From Desulfobacterales bacterium (lineage in GTDB: Bacteria > Desulfobacterota > Syntrophobacteria > B119-G9), in the NCBI GenBank assembly GCA_026983715.1, contig JALSTM010000042.1, positions 14,594-78,593 on the forward strand: a DNA stretch of 64,000 nt, written 5' to 3'. The notes beneath the pieces were generated by a model that saw only the letters and a list, made by a program, of their open reading frames with translations, ran no database searches and was not told the origin of the DNA. Positions 10,340 to 19,607 of the stretch are shown here, in pieces. The translations under genes were made by a program, and so were the position numbers. The first letter of the stretch is position 1, and each line of letters opens with the position of its first letter.

Positions 10340-12203
10340 CAGGTATCGTAGGGGAGATTCAGATTCCTGGAAAACCAAAGGTAGAAAACGCTTCTCCTTA
10401 AAGAGCATCATAGCCTGGCTTATCGTAATAATATTACTCCTTCTTGCGGCAGGAATTTTCTTTCCCGTTTCCACAGATAAAGGCTCAACAGGATCATTCA
10501 TTGCCATATTTCCTAGGCAACTCGTTCAAGTAGAATTGCTTGTAAACGGTAACAGGAAATATGTAGAAAACAGAGGAGAAGTACACGTACTCCCCGAAGA
10601 TAAACTCCGAATAGTTGACATAACTACAGACGGTCTGCTACCCTGGGGTATCAAGTTAATTTCAGATGGCTTTCCAGCCGAAACGCTAACAAAGAAAAGA
10701 ATCCGCCTGATCGACTTTTGGCCCCTTAACTTCTTTAAAGAACCCCACAAGATTAAAATTACCTTCCTTGCCTGGGGAAACCCCATCGGTGAGTTTACGA
10801 TCGTTGGTGAGCTTGGTTACCAGGACTGGCTGAAGCTGGCAGAGGAAACAGAGAATATTGAAACCAAGATATTTTACCTAGAACAGGCCTCGAAGTTACC
10901 TTCAAAGAGCATATTCGTTGATTTAAAACTAGCAAAGCTTTACAGCCAGAAAGGCGACTGGGGGAAAGCCGCACAAATATACCAGGACATCGCCTCGAGA
11001 AGTGATTCGAAGGAAATTACGGGAATGCTCCTGGAAGCCTACAAGAAAAGCAACCAGGTTGATAAGGCTTTAAAAACTTACCTCTTACTTATCCGCAAGG
11101 AACCGAAAGTTCAAATACTTAGCGAGTTTTTTTCATATCTTGAAAAACACAAAAAATCCTACCAGATAGCAAAGTTTCTGAACGAGAATTCTCATCATAT
11201 TCCTACTTCATTGAAAGCACCATTCTATGCGTACCTTGGCAGTCTTGAGGCAAATCTTCGGAAGTGGAAAGCCGCCACCATTCACCTTGAAAAAGCTATC
11301 AGCCTTGGGGCATCTGATCCGGACATCTATTATAATTTAGGTATAGCTTATAGGGAACTGGGATCCTATGGCTTGGCCAAGAAGTACCTCCAGAGATACC
11401 TGAAGAAAAAACCGGAAGACAGCGAGAGTCAATTGCTCCTAACTCAACTCTTGCAGCAGGAAGGAGAGCAACAAGCAGCAATAGAGCAAATACGAAAACT
11501 TATAAAGAAAGATCCCAAAGATCTTAACCTGCACCTGCAATTGATACATCTTTTGAAAAAAACTGGCAAAAAAGAAGAGCTTCTTAACGAGTATGAAAAA
11601 GTCACCTCGCTTGATCCCAAGAACAGGGTTGCCTGGTATAACTTGGGAGTCCTTTATTTTGAAAAGAAAAGCTGGGAAGATGCGGAAAAGGCATTCAAAA
11701 AGGCTCTTGCACTCAAATCAGACGACGTAGATACGATCACATATCTCGTCCGGGTACTAGGGGAAAGAAAAAAGTATAAAGAAACAATACCGCTTTTGAA
11801 AAATCTGATCAAAAAGAACCCAGACACCCAAGATTACTATGACCAGCTTTTTACAGCTTACAGCGAGCTAGAAGACTATGCCGACATGGCAAAAGATTTT
11901 AAAACAGCCATAAAGAATCATCCAAAAAGCGAAAAATACTATCAATACGTTATCTACGCGCTGCTAAAAAAGAAAAGGACAAAAGAGGCTTTAAAATACT
12001 ATGAAAGACTAATAAAAATAGCTCCAAATAACCAGAAGTACTTGAAAGAAGCTGCAACCCTTTACGAAAAACACGGTTACTACACGGAAGCGTTAAAGCT
12101 CCTTGCTCGCTTACTGAAACTTAACCCCGATGATCAGGACGCTCAGGAAGCTTACCTGAGAGTCAAGATGAAGAATCTCAAGATTAAACAGGGGAAAACG
12201 TAG
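10317..12203 (+). CDS. TPR-repeat protein with N-terminal transmembrane anchor
   Basis: A single N-terminal transmembrane helix (IIAWLIVIILLLLAAGIFF) is followed by many 34-residue TPR-like repeats (…YYNLGIAYRELGSYGLAKKYLQRYLKKKPED…). The ORF in the track starts at 10296 and overlaps the preceding gene; 10317 (MGKKLT) is a more likely start. Confidence 0.65.
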   Translation: MGKKLTVDRYRRGDSDSWKTKGRKRFSLKSIIAWLIVIILLLLAAGIFFPVSTDKGSTGSFIAIFPRQLVQVELLVNGNRKYVENRGEVHVLPEDKLRIVDITTDGLLPWGIKLISDGFPAETLTKKRIRLIDFWPLNFFKEPHKIKITFLAWGNPIGEFTIVGELGYQDWLKLAEETENIETKIFYLEQASKLPSKSIFVDLKLAKLYSQKGDWGKAAQIYQDIASRSDSKEITGMLLEAYKKSNQVDKALKTYLLLIRKEPKVQILSEFFSYLEKHKKSYQIAKFLNENSHHIPTSLKAPFYAYLGSLEANLRKWKAATIHLEKAISLGASDPDIYYNLGIAYRELGSYGLAKKYLQRYLKKKPEDSESQLLLTQLLQQEGEQQAAIEQIRKLIKKDPKDLNLHLQLIHLLKKTGKKEELLNEYEKVTSLDPKNRVAWYNLGVLYFEKKSWEDAEKAFKKALALKSDDVDTITYLVRVLGERKKYKETIPLLKNLIKKNPDTQDYYDQLFTAYSELEDYADMAKDFKTAIKNHPKSEKYYQYVIYALLKKKRTKEALKYYERLIKIAPNNQKYLKEAATLYEKHGYYTEALKLLARLLKLNPDDQDAQEAYLRVKMKNLKIKQGKT

Positions 12204-12206
12204 ACA

Positions 12207-13061
12207 TTGATAGTGTCATTTCATCCCTGCATAGAAATCGGCATACAATCCATAATCCATGCGCAGCAATTAACAAGGGAACAAGTTGACCTCATAAAGT
12301 GCGCCTCTGCCATAATACTACCCCAGGGTATAACACCGGACATCTATCACTGTTGCAGGAAAACTTGCAAAAATGTCTTCCCTAACTACGATCATCGATT
12401 CCCAGGAGAGGGTAAAGTTGGTGACGCCATACTGTGCAAGCACTTCAGGCTGCCTCATCCGCGAACTGAAGTATACGGACGGGTTGAACATTTCATTGAA
12501 AAGCACTTGAAGAAAGGCCACCCCCTACCCTTCAAGTATCCTTTTGTTCTCAAGGCCAACCAAGGTGGTGAAGGGAACATGGTTTTCCTTATAAAGGGCG
12601 AAAATGAGCTGACAGAAAGGGTTTTCCTCCTAATAGATTCTCAAGAACACGCCAGGTACCCCGGCATGGTAGTACAGGAATACATTAACACGGGAGGGAA
12701 GGACTTAAGAGTAATAGTAATCCACAGGAAAAGGTTTTATTTCTGGCGGATACAGCCAGATCCCATGAAATGGAAAACGAACGTATCGGAAGGTTCTGTA
12801 ATCGATTTTAACGTTGCCCCGGCTACTAGAGAAGCTATCGGTTGGTACCTGGAGCCCTTCCTTAAAAAAACCGGGATAAACCTTGCCGCCATTGACGTAT
12901 TATTCCGAAACGAAAAGCCACTGTTCCTTGAAATTAACTACTATTTTGGACGAAGGGCCCTCGGCGGATCAGATAGATTTTACTCTATTCTCAGGGACGA
13001 AGTGGAGCACTGGCTTACCAGCGTGGTTGGACCACATTGGGCCGAGTACAACGAATGGTGA
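12207..13061 (+). CDS. ATP-grasp domain protein (RimK / glutathione-synthetase-like)
   Basis: 284 aa. ATP-grasp signatures are present: PFVLKANQGGEGNMVFLI, VVQEYINTGGKDLRVIVI and AAIDVLF…FLEINYYFG. The annotated start is TTG; GTG at 12213 is an alternative. Confidence 0.6.
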   Translation: MIVSFHPCIEIGIQSIIHAQQLTREQVDLIKCASAIILPQGITPDIYHCCRKTCKNVFPNYDHRFPGEGKVGDAILCKHFRLPHPRTEVYGRVEHFIEKHLKKGHPLPFKYPFVLKANQGGEGNMVFLIKGENELTERVFLLIDSQEHARYPGMVVQEYINTGGKDLRVIVIHRKRFYFWRIQPDPMKWKTNVSEGSVIDFNVAPATREAIGWYLEPFLKKTGINLAAIDVLFRNEKPLFLEINYYFGRRALGGSDRFYSILRDEVEHWLTSVVGPHWAEYNEW

Positions 13062-13124
13062 AAGTATCTCTGAAGGCTATTTAAAGCCAAGGACAAGATT
13101 GACTTTTGGAACCTCTGATTAATT

Positions 13125-13206
13125 CTCCGTATTGCCAGAGGGTTTCTTGTACGTCATCCGGCTCCTCTGATCTAGTGAGGGGCAGGCTCGATCCGGTATC
13201 CAGCCA
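13125..13206. repeat. intergenic repeat family D, partial copy 1
   Basis: The string ctgattaattctcc…gtcatccggctcctctgatctagtgaggggcaggctcgatccggtatccag has near-identical counterparts at 46253–46340 and, rearranged, at 28271–28330. Confidence 0.6.
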
Positions 13207-13327
13207 GAGGGAGGTAGATTCCTGCCCTTCGATATATTTCGTTACTCAGGACGACGCTCAAAATAGGCTTTGCCCCGGCCGGAATGACGGATTTTGCGTT
13301 GTGCTTGTGCTAGTCTTTTAATTAATT

Positions 13328-13561
13328 CCTGAATCCGTGACGGAGTTTTGTGGCTGATTTGTTTAACATGTCCAAGTTGCTGATTATTGGCCATATATCC
13401 AGGGCAGATTATTCTTCATCTTGTCAAGCAATCTTTTTCCGCCCTGCGGGTCGTCGAGGTGCACCGCATCTTCGGCGTCATCGCCCGCCGGACATAGCGT
13501 ACTATAGTCCGCCGGGCTCTTCCTTGCATCTCCGGCCCAGGGGAACGATCACGGATCCAGG
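13328..13561. repeat. MITE-like element bounded by imperfect terminal inverted repeats (family C)
   Basis: The left end is cctgaatccgtgacgg (13328–13343). The right end gaacgatcacggatccagg (13544–13561) is the reverse complement of cctggatccgtgatcgttc. The interior is about 234 bp with no convincing ORF. Related ends occur at 13853–13874 and 33231–33297. Confidence 0.55.
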
Positions 13562-13626
13562 TAATTGCTAGTTCTAGAAATCAAAACTTATCGGAGTTTC
13601 CCCCTATGCAAAACTCCATCTTGAGT

Positions 13627-13694
13627 GAGAAACCGATGAATCGGTTAATGACGTAACTGGTCCTTCGTTTACCCACGGTTAAAACCGTGGGCTA
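13627..13694 (+). repeat. double-hairpin intergenic element (family A/B), copy 1
   Basis: The palindrome gagAAACCGATGAATCGGTT, about 25 nt of spacer, then the hairpin ACCCACGGTTAAAACCGTGGGCTA. The same architecture recurs at 37330–37395 (same orientation) and 51773–51835 (inverted). Confidence 0.7.
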
Positions 13695-13852
13695 GTGAGA
13701 GAACCTTATAGGGTCACGCCGTGAGCTAGTTTCCCCTGTCACCCACTGTTTCATCTGCGGGTAGCCACGGATTCAATCCTGGGTATAGGTTTTTGATTCT
13801 CATTTTTTTTCTACCGATTTTTTGTCTTTTGTTAATACGAGCATCTCTATAA

Positions 13853-13874
13853 CCTGAATCCGTGATCGTTCGCG
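13853..13874. repeat. solo family-C terminal repeat
   Basis: The string cctgaatccgtgatcgttcgcg matches the inverted-repeat ends at 13328, 13544 and 33231/33279. No partner end was found nearby. Confidence 0.45.
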
Positions 13875-13937
13875 TTTTGTAACGGCCTATCACCTTAAAG
13901 AGACATTGGGATGGTAAACAAGCATATCAGGAAACTT

Positions 13938-15074
13938 TTACAGGTGTTGGTTTTTACTTATACGGTGACTGGAAAAATCGCCCAAGAAACTAATAATCTT
14001 CTCAGCCCTCTTTTCCCAGGTGAAATTCTTGGCTCTTTCGTATGCATTTTGAGCCAGGCTTTCTCTAAATGTCGGGTTTCCAATTAGCTTTTTTATCCCG
14101 TTAGCAAGAGCATCACTATCTCCGGCAGGAATAAGCATTGCTTCCTTTTCAGTTACCATCTCTCTTGTGCTGGGAAGATCAGAAGCAACTATTGCAATCT
14201 TTGCAGCCATATATTCCAAAAGCTTGAGAGGTGATGTAAACCTATTGCCTATCAAACGATCACCGGTAGTGGGGAGGATACCAATGGTGGCTTCTCTTAG
14301 TGCTTCACGAACCTGAAAGGGTGGAATATAGCCCGATACGCTGATTTTTCCATCTCTCTCTAGAATCCTGAAAGAAGGCGTTTCCGTGGCTTGAGCATCA
14401 ATATCTCCGATTACTTTTAGCCTTACTCCTTCAAGCTTCAACATTGCTTCCAAGAGGGTTGCCATCCCTTTCCATTCATACCTAGATGACCCAACGTAAT
14501 AGACTTCACTGCAAGGCTTTGAACAGTCTTTCCCCGATAAATCCTCGACCATCGAAACTCCTGAAGGTACAACACAATGCGGAGTAGACTTACCAAGATC
14601 ACAGACAATTACTTCTTTCAAACCGCGACTTATAAAAACCAGACCGTCAACATGCTCAAACACGTATTTTTCCATGCCGCCAATTTTGGGGTTCTTGTGG
14701 GAAAAAAGCTCGTGAACTTCGTATACCAGCTTAAGATCGGCCGGAATCAACCTTAAGAGTGAATAGGCTACTTTGAGATGACGGGTGTACACGACAACCG
14801 ATGGATCAGATGCTGCAATCTCTTTGATGGCTCTAATTAGCTTTCTCATATATCCGCCGGTCCAGGTAAAGGGACCCCACTTTCTCCTTATGGTCCTCAC
14901 GTGAAGCTTTTGAGATCGCTCTAATCCGTAAAAACTATACACATCTCGATCCATACGTGCAGGATAAAAAAATACGGGCACACGTTTACCCAGCGAGCAA
15001 ACGGTATTCAGTACCTGGATGCTCCTTGCATTCTTCGAGGGTAATTCTTCCGGGTAAGGATAGATTACCAGCAT
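13938..15074 (-). CDS. glycosyltransferase family 1 (GT4)
   Basis: 378 aa. The C-terminal GT1 domain is recognisable (…LLEYMAAKIAIVASDLPSTREMV…) and the gene lies in the LPS core cluster. Confidence 0.8.
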   Translation of the reverse strand: MLVIYPYPEELPSKNARSIQVLNTVCSLGKRVPVFFYPARMDRDVYSFYGLERSQKLHVRTIRRKWGPFTWTGGYMRKLIRAIKEIAASDPSVVVYTRHLKVAYSLLRLIPADLKLVYEVHELFSHKNPKIGGMEKYVFEHVDGLVFISRGLKEVIVCDLGKSTPHCVVPSGVSMVEDLSGKDCSKPCSEVYYVGSSRYEWKGMATLLEAMLKLEGVRLKVIGDIDAQATETPSFRILERDGKISVSGYIPPFQVREALREATIGILPTTGDRLIGNRFTSPLKLLEYMAAKIAIVASDLPSTREMVTEKEAMLIPAGDSDALANGIKKLIGNPTFRESLAQNAYERAKNFTWEKRAEKIISFLGDFSSHRISKNQHL

Positions 15075-16195
15075 CTATGAAAACCTGAGTTTATCACATC
15101 AAAAACTTCATCCACGGATATGAGATTCATACACCATGGAGAATCACAATATTTCCTTACACATGGATTACATGGAGGTACTTTCCTGATCACCTTATGT
15201 TTATGTAGATCCTGATTGGGACCCGTATGTTCTATGCGACTTGGTACAAAAAGGGATACCGTTGGAGTCCCGACAGCAACAGCTACATGGAGTGGCCCGG
15301 TGTCATTAGTTACAAGCAAATCAAAATTTTTTAAGATAGCAGGTAATTCAGACACCTTGTACTTTCCGGCAAGATTTATAACCCTCTTCTTGCTCGCTAT
15401 CCCATCAGCTATATCCTGGCAATACCGTTTTTCCCCCCTCGCACCCAGTAGAACAAGAACGACATCACTGCACTGACGGATAAGTCTTTTGCCCAGGGCA
15501 ATAAACTTTTCTTTAGGCCACACGCAATATTTTTTTGCAGCTAGCGTTTGAAAACCAATGTATTTTTTTGTTCCGGACTCTTCACAAAATTCATGCAACC
15601 TGCTGCTCCATTCTTTTTGGCTTTCTACTTTCACTTCTAGGTAAAGGTTATTAACAAAAGATGCTCCGCCACCCACGATAGTTCTAAGGACATCAAGCCT
15701 TTGCTCAATTGCGTGGTGATCATCAACATAGGTAACCCTTCCTGATAAATATGGAGCAAGTTGGTCGTCTCTAAGGCCACTCCTTAATATAAAGGGGACA
15801 CCGGCAAGATAGGCAACTCCACCCGGACATGGATCGCTGTCATGGAAAATAAGACACAAATCAAAAGATTTTGAGCTCACCCTCTGGTATAAACTCTTAA
15901 GCTTCCTATACCCTCCATGGTAGGGAATAAAATCATCCACACATTCGACTACCCGGAATAGTTCCAGATAGCTTTTTTTCAACAACCATGTAATTTCGGC
16001 ACCAGGGAAAATCGACCTAGTAGAACGGATAGCCGGAAGTGATAACACCGTATCTCCCAAAGCGGTGGAAGAAACCACGAGGATCCTGTTGACCTGTTCC
16101 CTCTTAAGTTCGCTTATCGGGCGAACAGGACCTAGCTTATTCAGCCTTTTTCGAAGTACCAGATCAAATAGCTTACTTTTTATCTTTCTCATCAC
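15065..16195 (-). CDS. ADP-heptose:LPS heptosyltransferase (GT9)
   Basis: 376 aa. GT9 signatures are present: ILVVSSTALGDTVLSLPAIRS and LVTNDTGPLHVAVAVGTPTVSLF. Confidence 0.85.
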   Translation of the reverse strand: MMRKIKSKLFDLVLRKRLNKLGPVRPISELKREQVNRILVVSSTALGDTVLSLPAIRSTRSIFPGAEITWLLKKSYLELFRVVECVDDFIPYHGGYRKLKSLYQRVSSKSFDLCLIFHDSDPCPGGVAYLAGVPFILRSGLRDDQLAPYLSGRVTYVDDHHAIEQRLDVLRTIVGGGASFVNNLYLEVKVESQKEWSSRLHEFCEESGTKKYIGFQTLAAKKYCVWPKEKFIALGKRLIRQCSDVVLVLLGARGEKRYCQDIADGIASKKRVINLAGKYKVSELPAILKNFDLLVTNDTGPLHVAVAVGTPTVSLFVPSRIEHTGPNQDLHKHKVIRKVPPCNPCVRKYCDSPWCMNLISVDEVFDVINSGFHRCW

Positions 16196-18099
16196 GCCTT
16201 AACATCAAAAACCGATATCCAGTTTGCCAGGATATAAAGATTCCATAATTTCTTGGCAATCCTCGTGTTGTTTTCACGACTCGCAGAAATAAGGGCTTCT
16301 ATTCTTTTTTTATCAAAAAGAGAATAGAAAACATCCCCTTGTTCCAGGATTATTTCAGTGACGTGCATATTTAAGGGCCCGACTATCCAATTTACCAGCG
16401 GAATACTGAATCCCTTTTTTTTCCTTTCAAAAAAGGAGCGGGGTATCCGATCCGTGAAAGCGTCCTTCAATAGCCGTTTACTATTTTTCTTCCCTTTTAA
16501 GCGGAAGGAAGGAGGTAACCGGAGAACAAAATCAATTACATTGTGATCCAAAAAGGGCGATCTTGTTTCAAGACTGTGAGCCATAGACATTGTATCCACA
16601 TAATGCAGGATATCTCCGGGGAGATACGTCTTAAGGTCAATATATTGAAGCCTTGTAAGCAGAGGGATATCCTTACCTGGGTCCCATTGAGTAACTGTAT
16701 AATAGGGCAAGTTCTTTTCAATTAAGGGATAAAGTGGACCGCCTTCATTATAGCAAGAGAGTTTATCCTGAGAATTGAACACCGTTAGAAATGCCAGATA
16801 AGGAAAATCCCAAATGTCAAGTAACGCCATATCACTTGCACTGACAGGGAACCTGAGGTGCTTTCTGCCAGGGTTAAGCATTCCCTCCGCCTTGCAAACT
16901 ACACGTCGCAGTAAACCGTATACGTTTTTTAATCCAGCTGAATGCAACCTCGCTACTCTTAAATACTGGCTGTATCTCTTGTACCCGGCAAAAGCTTCAT
17001 CTCCCCCGTCACCGGAAAGAACGACCTTGACATCCTTCGAAGCCACCTCGCTCATGTAAAAGAGAAGTATGCTGGTTTCATTGCCGAAGGGCTCACCGAA
17101 TCGCTTAACAATTTCGGGAACAATTTCAATTATTCGAGGTTCAACAATCACTTCAAGGTGATCCGTGCCGAATTTCTTTGCTATCTCCCTTGCATAAGGA
17201 AGCTCGTTGAATTTCTGCTCCTGAAAACCTATCGAAAAAGTTTTAATGTTACTTGCCTCCTGGGCCATGGACGCAACCACCAACGAAGAATCAACACCAC
17301 CGGAAAGAAAGGCTCCGACAGGGACATCCGCAACCATTCTGAGCCTAACCGCTTCATCAAAGAGTTCTCTAAAATGCTCCAACGCTTCACCGTACGAAAG
17401 ATCAAGTGGCTCGAAAATGTCTATATCCCAGTACGATTCGTATCGTAGAATCCTTCCTCCCTTAACTAGCATGAAATGTCCAGGTAAAAACCTTTTTACG
17501 TTTTTTACCGCCGTGCGAGGAGCATTTATGTAACGAAAGGACAAGTAGAGATCAATGGCTTCCGGATCAAGTTCCATGGATACAGGGGCGAGCTCGATAA
17601 GTGCCGGAATTTCAGAAGCAAAATAAAATCCGGAGTGGTCATGGTAATAAAAAAGCGGTTTTACACCCAGCCTATCCCTCGCAAGGAAAAGAGATTCTTC
17701 CTTCCGGTCATATATAGCAAAGGCAAACATGCCATTAAAAAGCCGAAGACATTTTTCCCCGTAGCGGGCGTATGCTTCGAGCAATACCTCTGTGTCGCTA
17801 CTGGTCCTAAAGCTTACTCCTTCTTTCTCAAGCCTATCCCTTATGCTTTTGAAGTTGTATACTTCACCGTTGTAAACGACTTGGTACCGACCCGAACTGT
17901 CAGACATGGGTTGATGGCCGCTTCGAATATCTATTATTGAAAGCCTCCTATGCCCCAGGGCAACTGAGTTCTCAAAAAAGAAACCCTGTTTGTCTGGGCC
18001 TCTATGTGCAAGTAACCTGCAAGCTTCGGCCACTTTTTCTCGGTGAGGCTTATCGTTTAAAGTTCTATTAACCCCTACTATTCCACACAATTCTATCAC
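16192..18099 (-). CDS. asnB: asparagine synthetase (glutamine-hydrolysing)
   Basis: 635 aa. The N-terminal Ntn glutaminase motif MCGIVG is present as (M)IELCGIVG, and the synthetase PP-loop is AFLSGGVDSSLV. Confidence 0.9.
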   Translation of the reverse strand: MIELCGIVGVNRTLNDKPHREKVAEACRLLAHRGPDKQGFFFENSVALGHRRLSIIDIRSGHQPMSDSSGRYQVVYNGEVYNFKSIRDRLEKEGVSFRTSSDTEVLLEAYARYGEKCLRLFNGMFAFAIYDRKEESLFLARDRLGVKPLFYYHDHSGFYFASEIPALIELAPVSMELDPEAIDLYLSFRYINAPRTAVKNVKRFLPGHFMLVKGGRILRYESYWDIDIFEPLDLSYGEALEHFRELFDEAVRLRMVADVPVGAFLSGGVDSSLVVASMAQEASNIKTFSIGFQEQKFNELPYAREIAKKFGTDHLEVIVEPRIIEIVPEIVKRFGEPFGNETSILLFYMSEVASKDVKVVLSGDGGDEAFAGYKRYSQYLRVARLHSAGLKNVYGLLRRVVCKAEGMLNPGRKHLRFPVSASDMALLDIWDFPYLAFLTVFNSQDKLSCYNEGGPLYPLIEKNLPYYTVTQWDPGKDIPLLTRLQYIDLKTYLPGDILHYVDTMSMAHSLETRSPFLDHNVIDFVLRLPPSFRLKGKKNSKRLLKDAFTDRIPRSFFERKKKGFSIPLVNWIVGPLNMHVTEIILEQGDVFYSLFDKKRIEALISASRENNTRIAKKLWNLYILANWISVFDVKA

Positions 18100-18285
18100 C
18101 TACTAAAAATCAACGTAACGTAAACACATTACAAGTATTTACCAGAACCTCTTAATTGATTCATCCCTTACAATCAACCGTGTCCCTAAAAGATTAACAC
18201 CAATAATTATCGAAGAATTATCGTTTCTAATATGCTAATAAGGTAATACATGGATCTATCTACCTGAACAAAAATATGAAAATTC

Positions 18286-19395
18286 ATGTTGACTGCCACA
18301 TCAACAATCATTTTAAAACGGAAACAAACAATAACAGTGCAAGAAAAGAAAGTGAAGTCGGAAGAGATTAAAAATATCTTGATAATTCGCGACGACCACC
18401 TTGGAGACCTCATATGCTCTCTTCCCACAATTGTAGCATTGAGGAAACATTTTTCGCACAGTATGATCACGATTGTGGTGTCTGAATCATGTAGGGAGAT
18501 AGTAGAAAATCACCCTGCGATCGATTCTGTCCTGGTACGGATAAAAAAGAAAAGAGGTTTCTTCAGCAAAACCATAAATTTTTGGGAGAGAATCAAACTG
18601 CTCCACACGATAAGGAAGGGAAAGTTCGATCTCGTTGTAGCTCTTCGGTCCAGATTCTGTACCAGGCATGCATTGATGGCCGCGTTTTCCGGAGCTCCAT
18701 TAAGGCTTGGACACAGAAGCAAAAAGAAAAAGCATGTCCTTCTTAACGGGGCATTTAATATATTTCCCTCGCATTTCAATCAGGAACAGCACGAGCTTAT
18801 GCGAACCCATGACATTGTGAAGGAAATCGATGTTCCACTTAACGAAGTAGTTTTCGGCCTTCAAACAAAACCAGAGCATGATTACACTGTATCCGAATTC
18901 CTGGAAACCAGGGGCATCCGAGAAGATCACCTCATTATCTGCTACCATGTGAGCGCATCTAAGCCGAAAAAACAGTGGCCACTGGAAAACATGGTATCGT
19001 TGATTAACCTTGTCCAGAACAATTATCCCGACATATTTAATGTTCTAACATATGATCCCTTCAACTCGCGGCACAAGGATTTCCTGGAACAAAACTTAAG
19101 CGGTGAAATAGCAGTTTTTGAAAGCAAAGAGTTCATGCAACTGGCTTCACTTTACCGAAAGTGTGATGTCCTGGTATCACTAGACGGTGCTCCCATGCAC
19201 CTTGGTGCAGCACTGGGAGTACCGACTCTTGGCATTTTCGAAGCCGAAAACACAATGTACTGGGCTCCCTGGGGAGAGAAAAACGCATCCATCTCGGGAA
19301 GGGGAGAAATAAACAGCCTTCTCCCGGAGGAGGTCTTTGAGAAACTGGATAAATTGATCAAGACTCATGCGTTAAATAAAACTAAGAAACTCTAA
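18286..19395 (+). CDS. LPS heptosyltransferase (GT9)
   Basis: 369 aa. GT9 signatures are present: LIIRDDHLGDLICSLPTIVAL and VSLDGAPMHLGAALGVPTLGIF. Confidence 0.85.
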   Translation: MLTATSTIILKRKQTITVQEKKVKSEEIKNILIIRDDHLGDLICSLPTIVALRKHFSHSMITIVVSESCREIVENHPAIDSVLVRIKKKRGFFSKTINFWERIKLLHTIRKGKFDLVVALRSRFCTRHALMAAFSGAPLRLGHRSKKKKHVLLNGAFNIFPSHFNQEQHELMRTHDIVKEIDVPLNEVVFGLQTKPEHDYTVSEFLETRGIREDHLIICYHVSASKPKKQWPLENMVSLINLVQNNYPDIFNVLTYDPFNSRHKDFLEQNLSGEIAVFESKEFMQLASLYRKCDVLVSLDGAPMHLGAALGVPTLGIFEAENTMYWAPWGEKNASISGRGEINSLLPEEVFEKLDKLIKTHALNKTKKL

Positions 19396-19607
19396 TAAAT
19401 TCAAGTTACCAGAATTAATGGATCGACCCATAAAAAATTTGCAACAATCTGTCGCAAGGAGTCTGCAAAATTCAGACGATTCAGCAATCTATTTGTAGTA
19501 TCAACGTCATGGAAATTGCTTCGCTGCGCTTGCAACGACTGTGCTTTAGCTTTTTGTTTGAAACAATATCTAGGAAGCCCCCTCTGGAGAGCAATTAAAG
19601 GACTAGG

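Noticed and set aside
13350-13571. 73-aa ORF inside the 13328–13561 inverted-repeat-bounded element
   Set aside because: The translation is Pro/Arg/Gly-rich low-complexity (…RPAGRRGAPHLRRHRPPDIAYYSPPGSS…). It is probably non-coding interior of a MITE rather than a transposase remnant.
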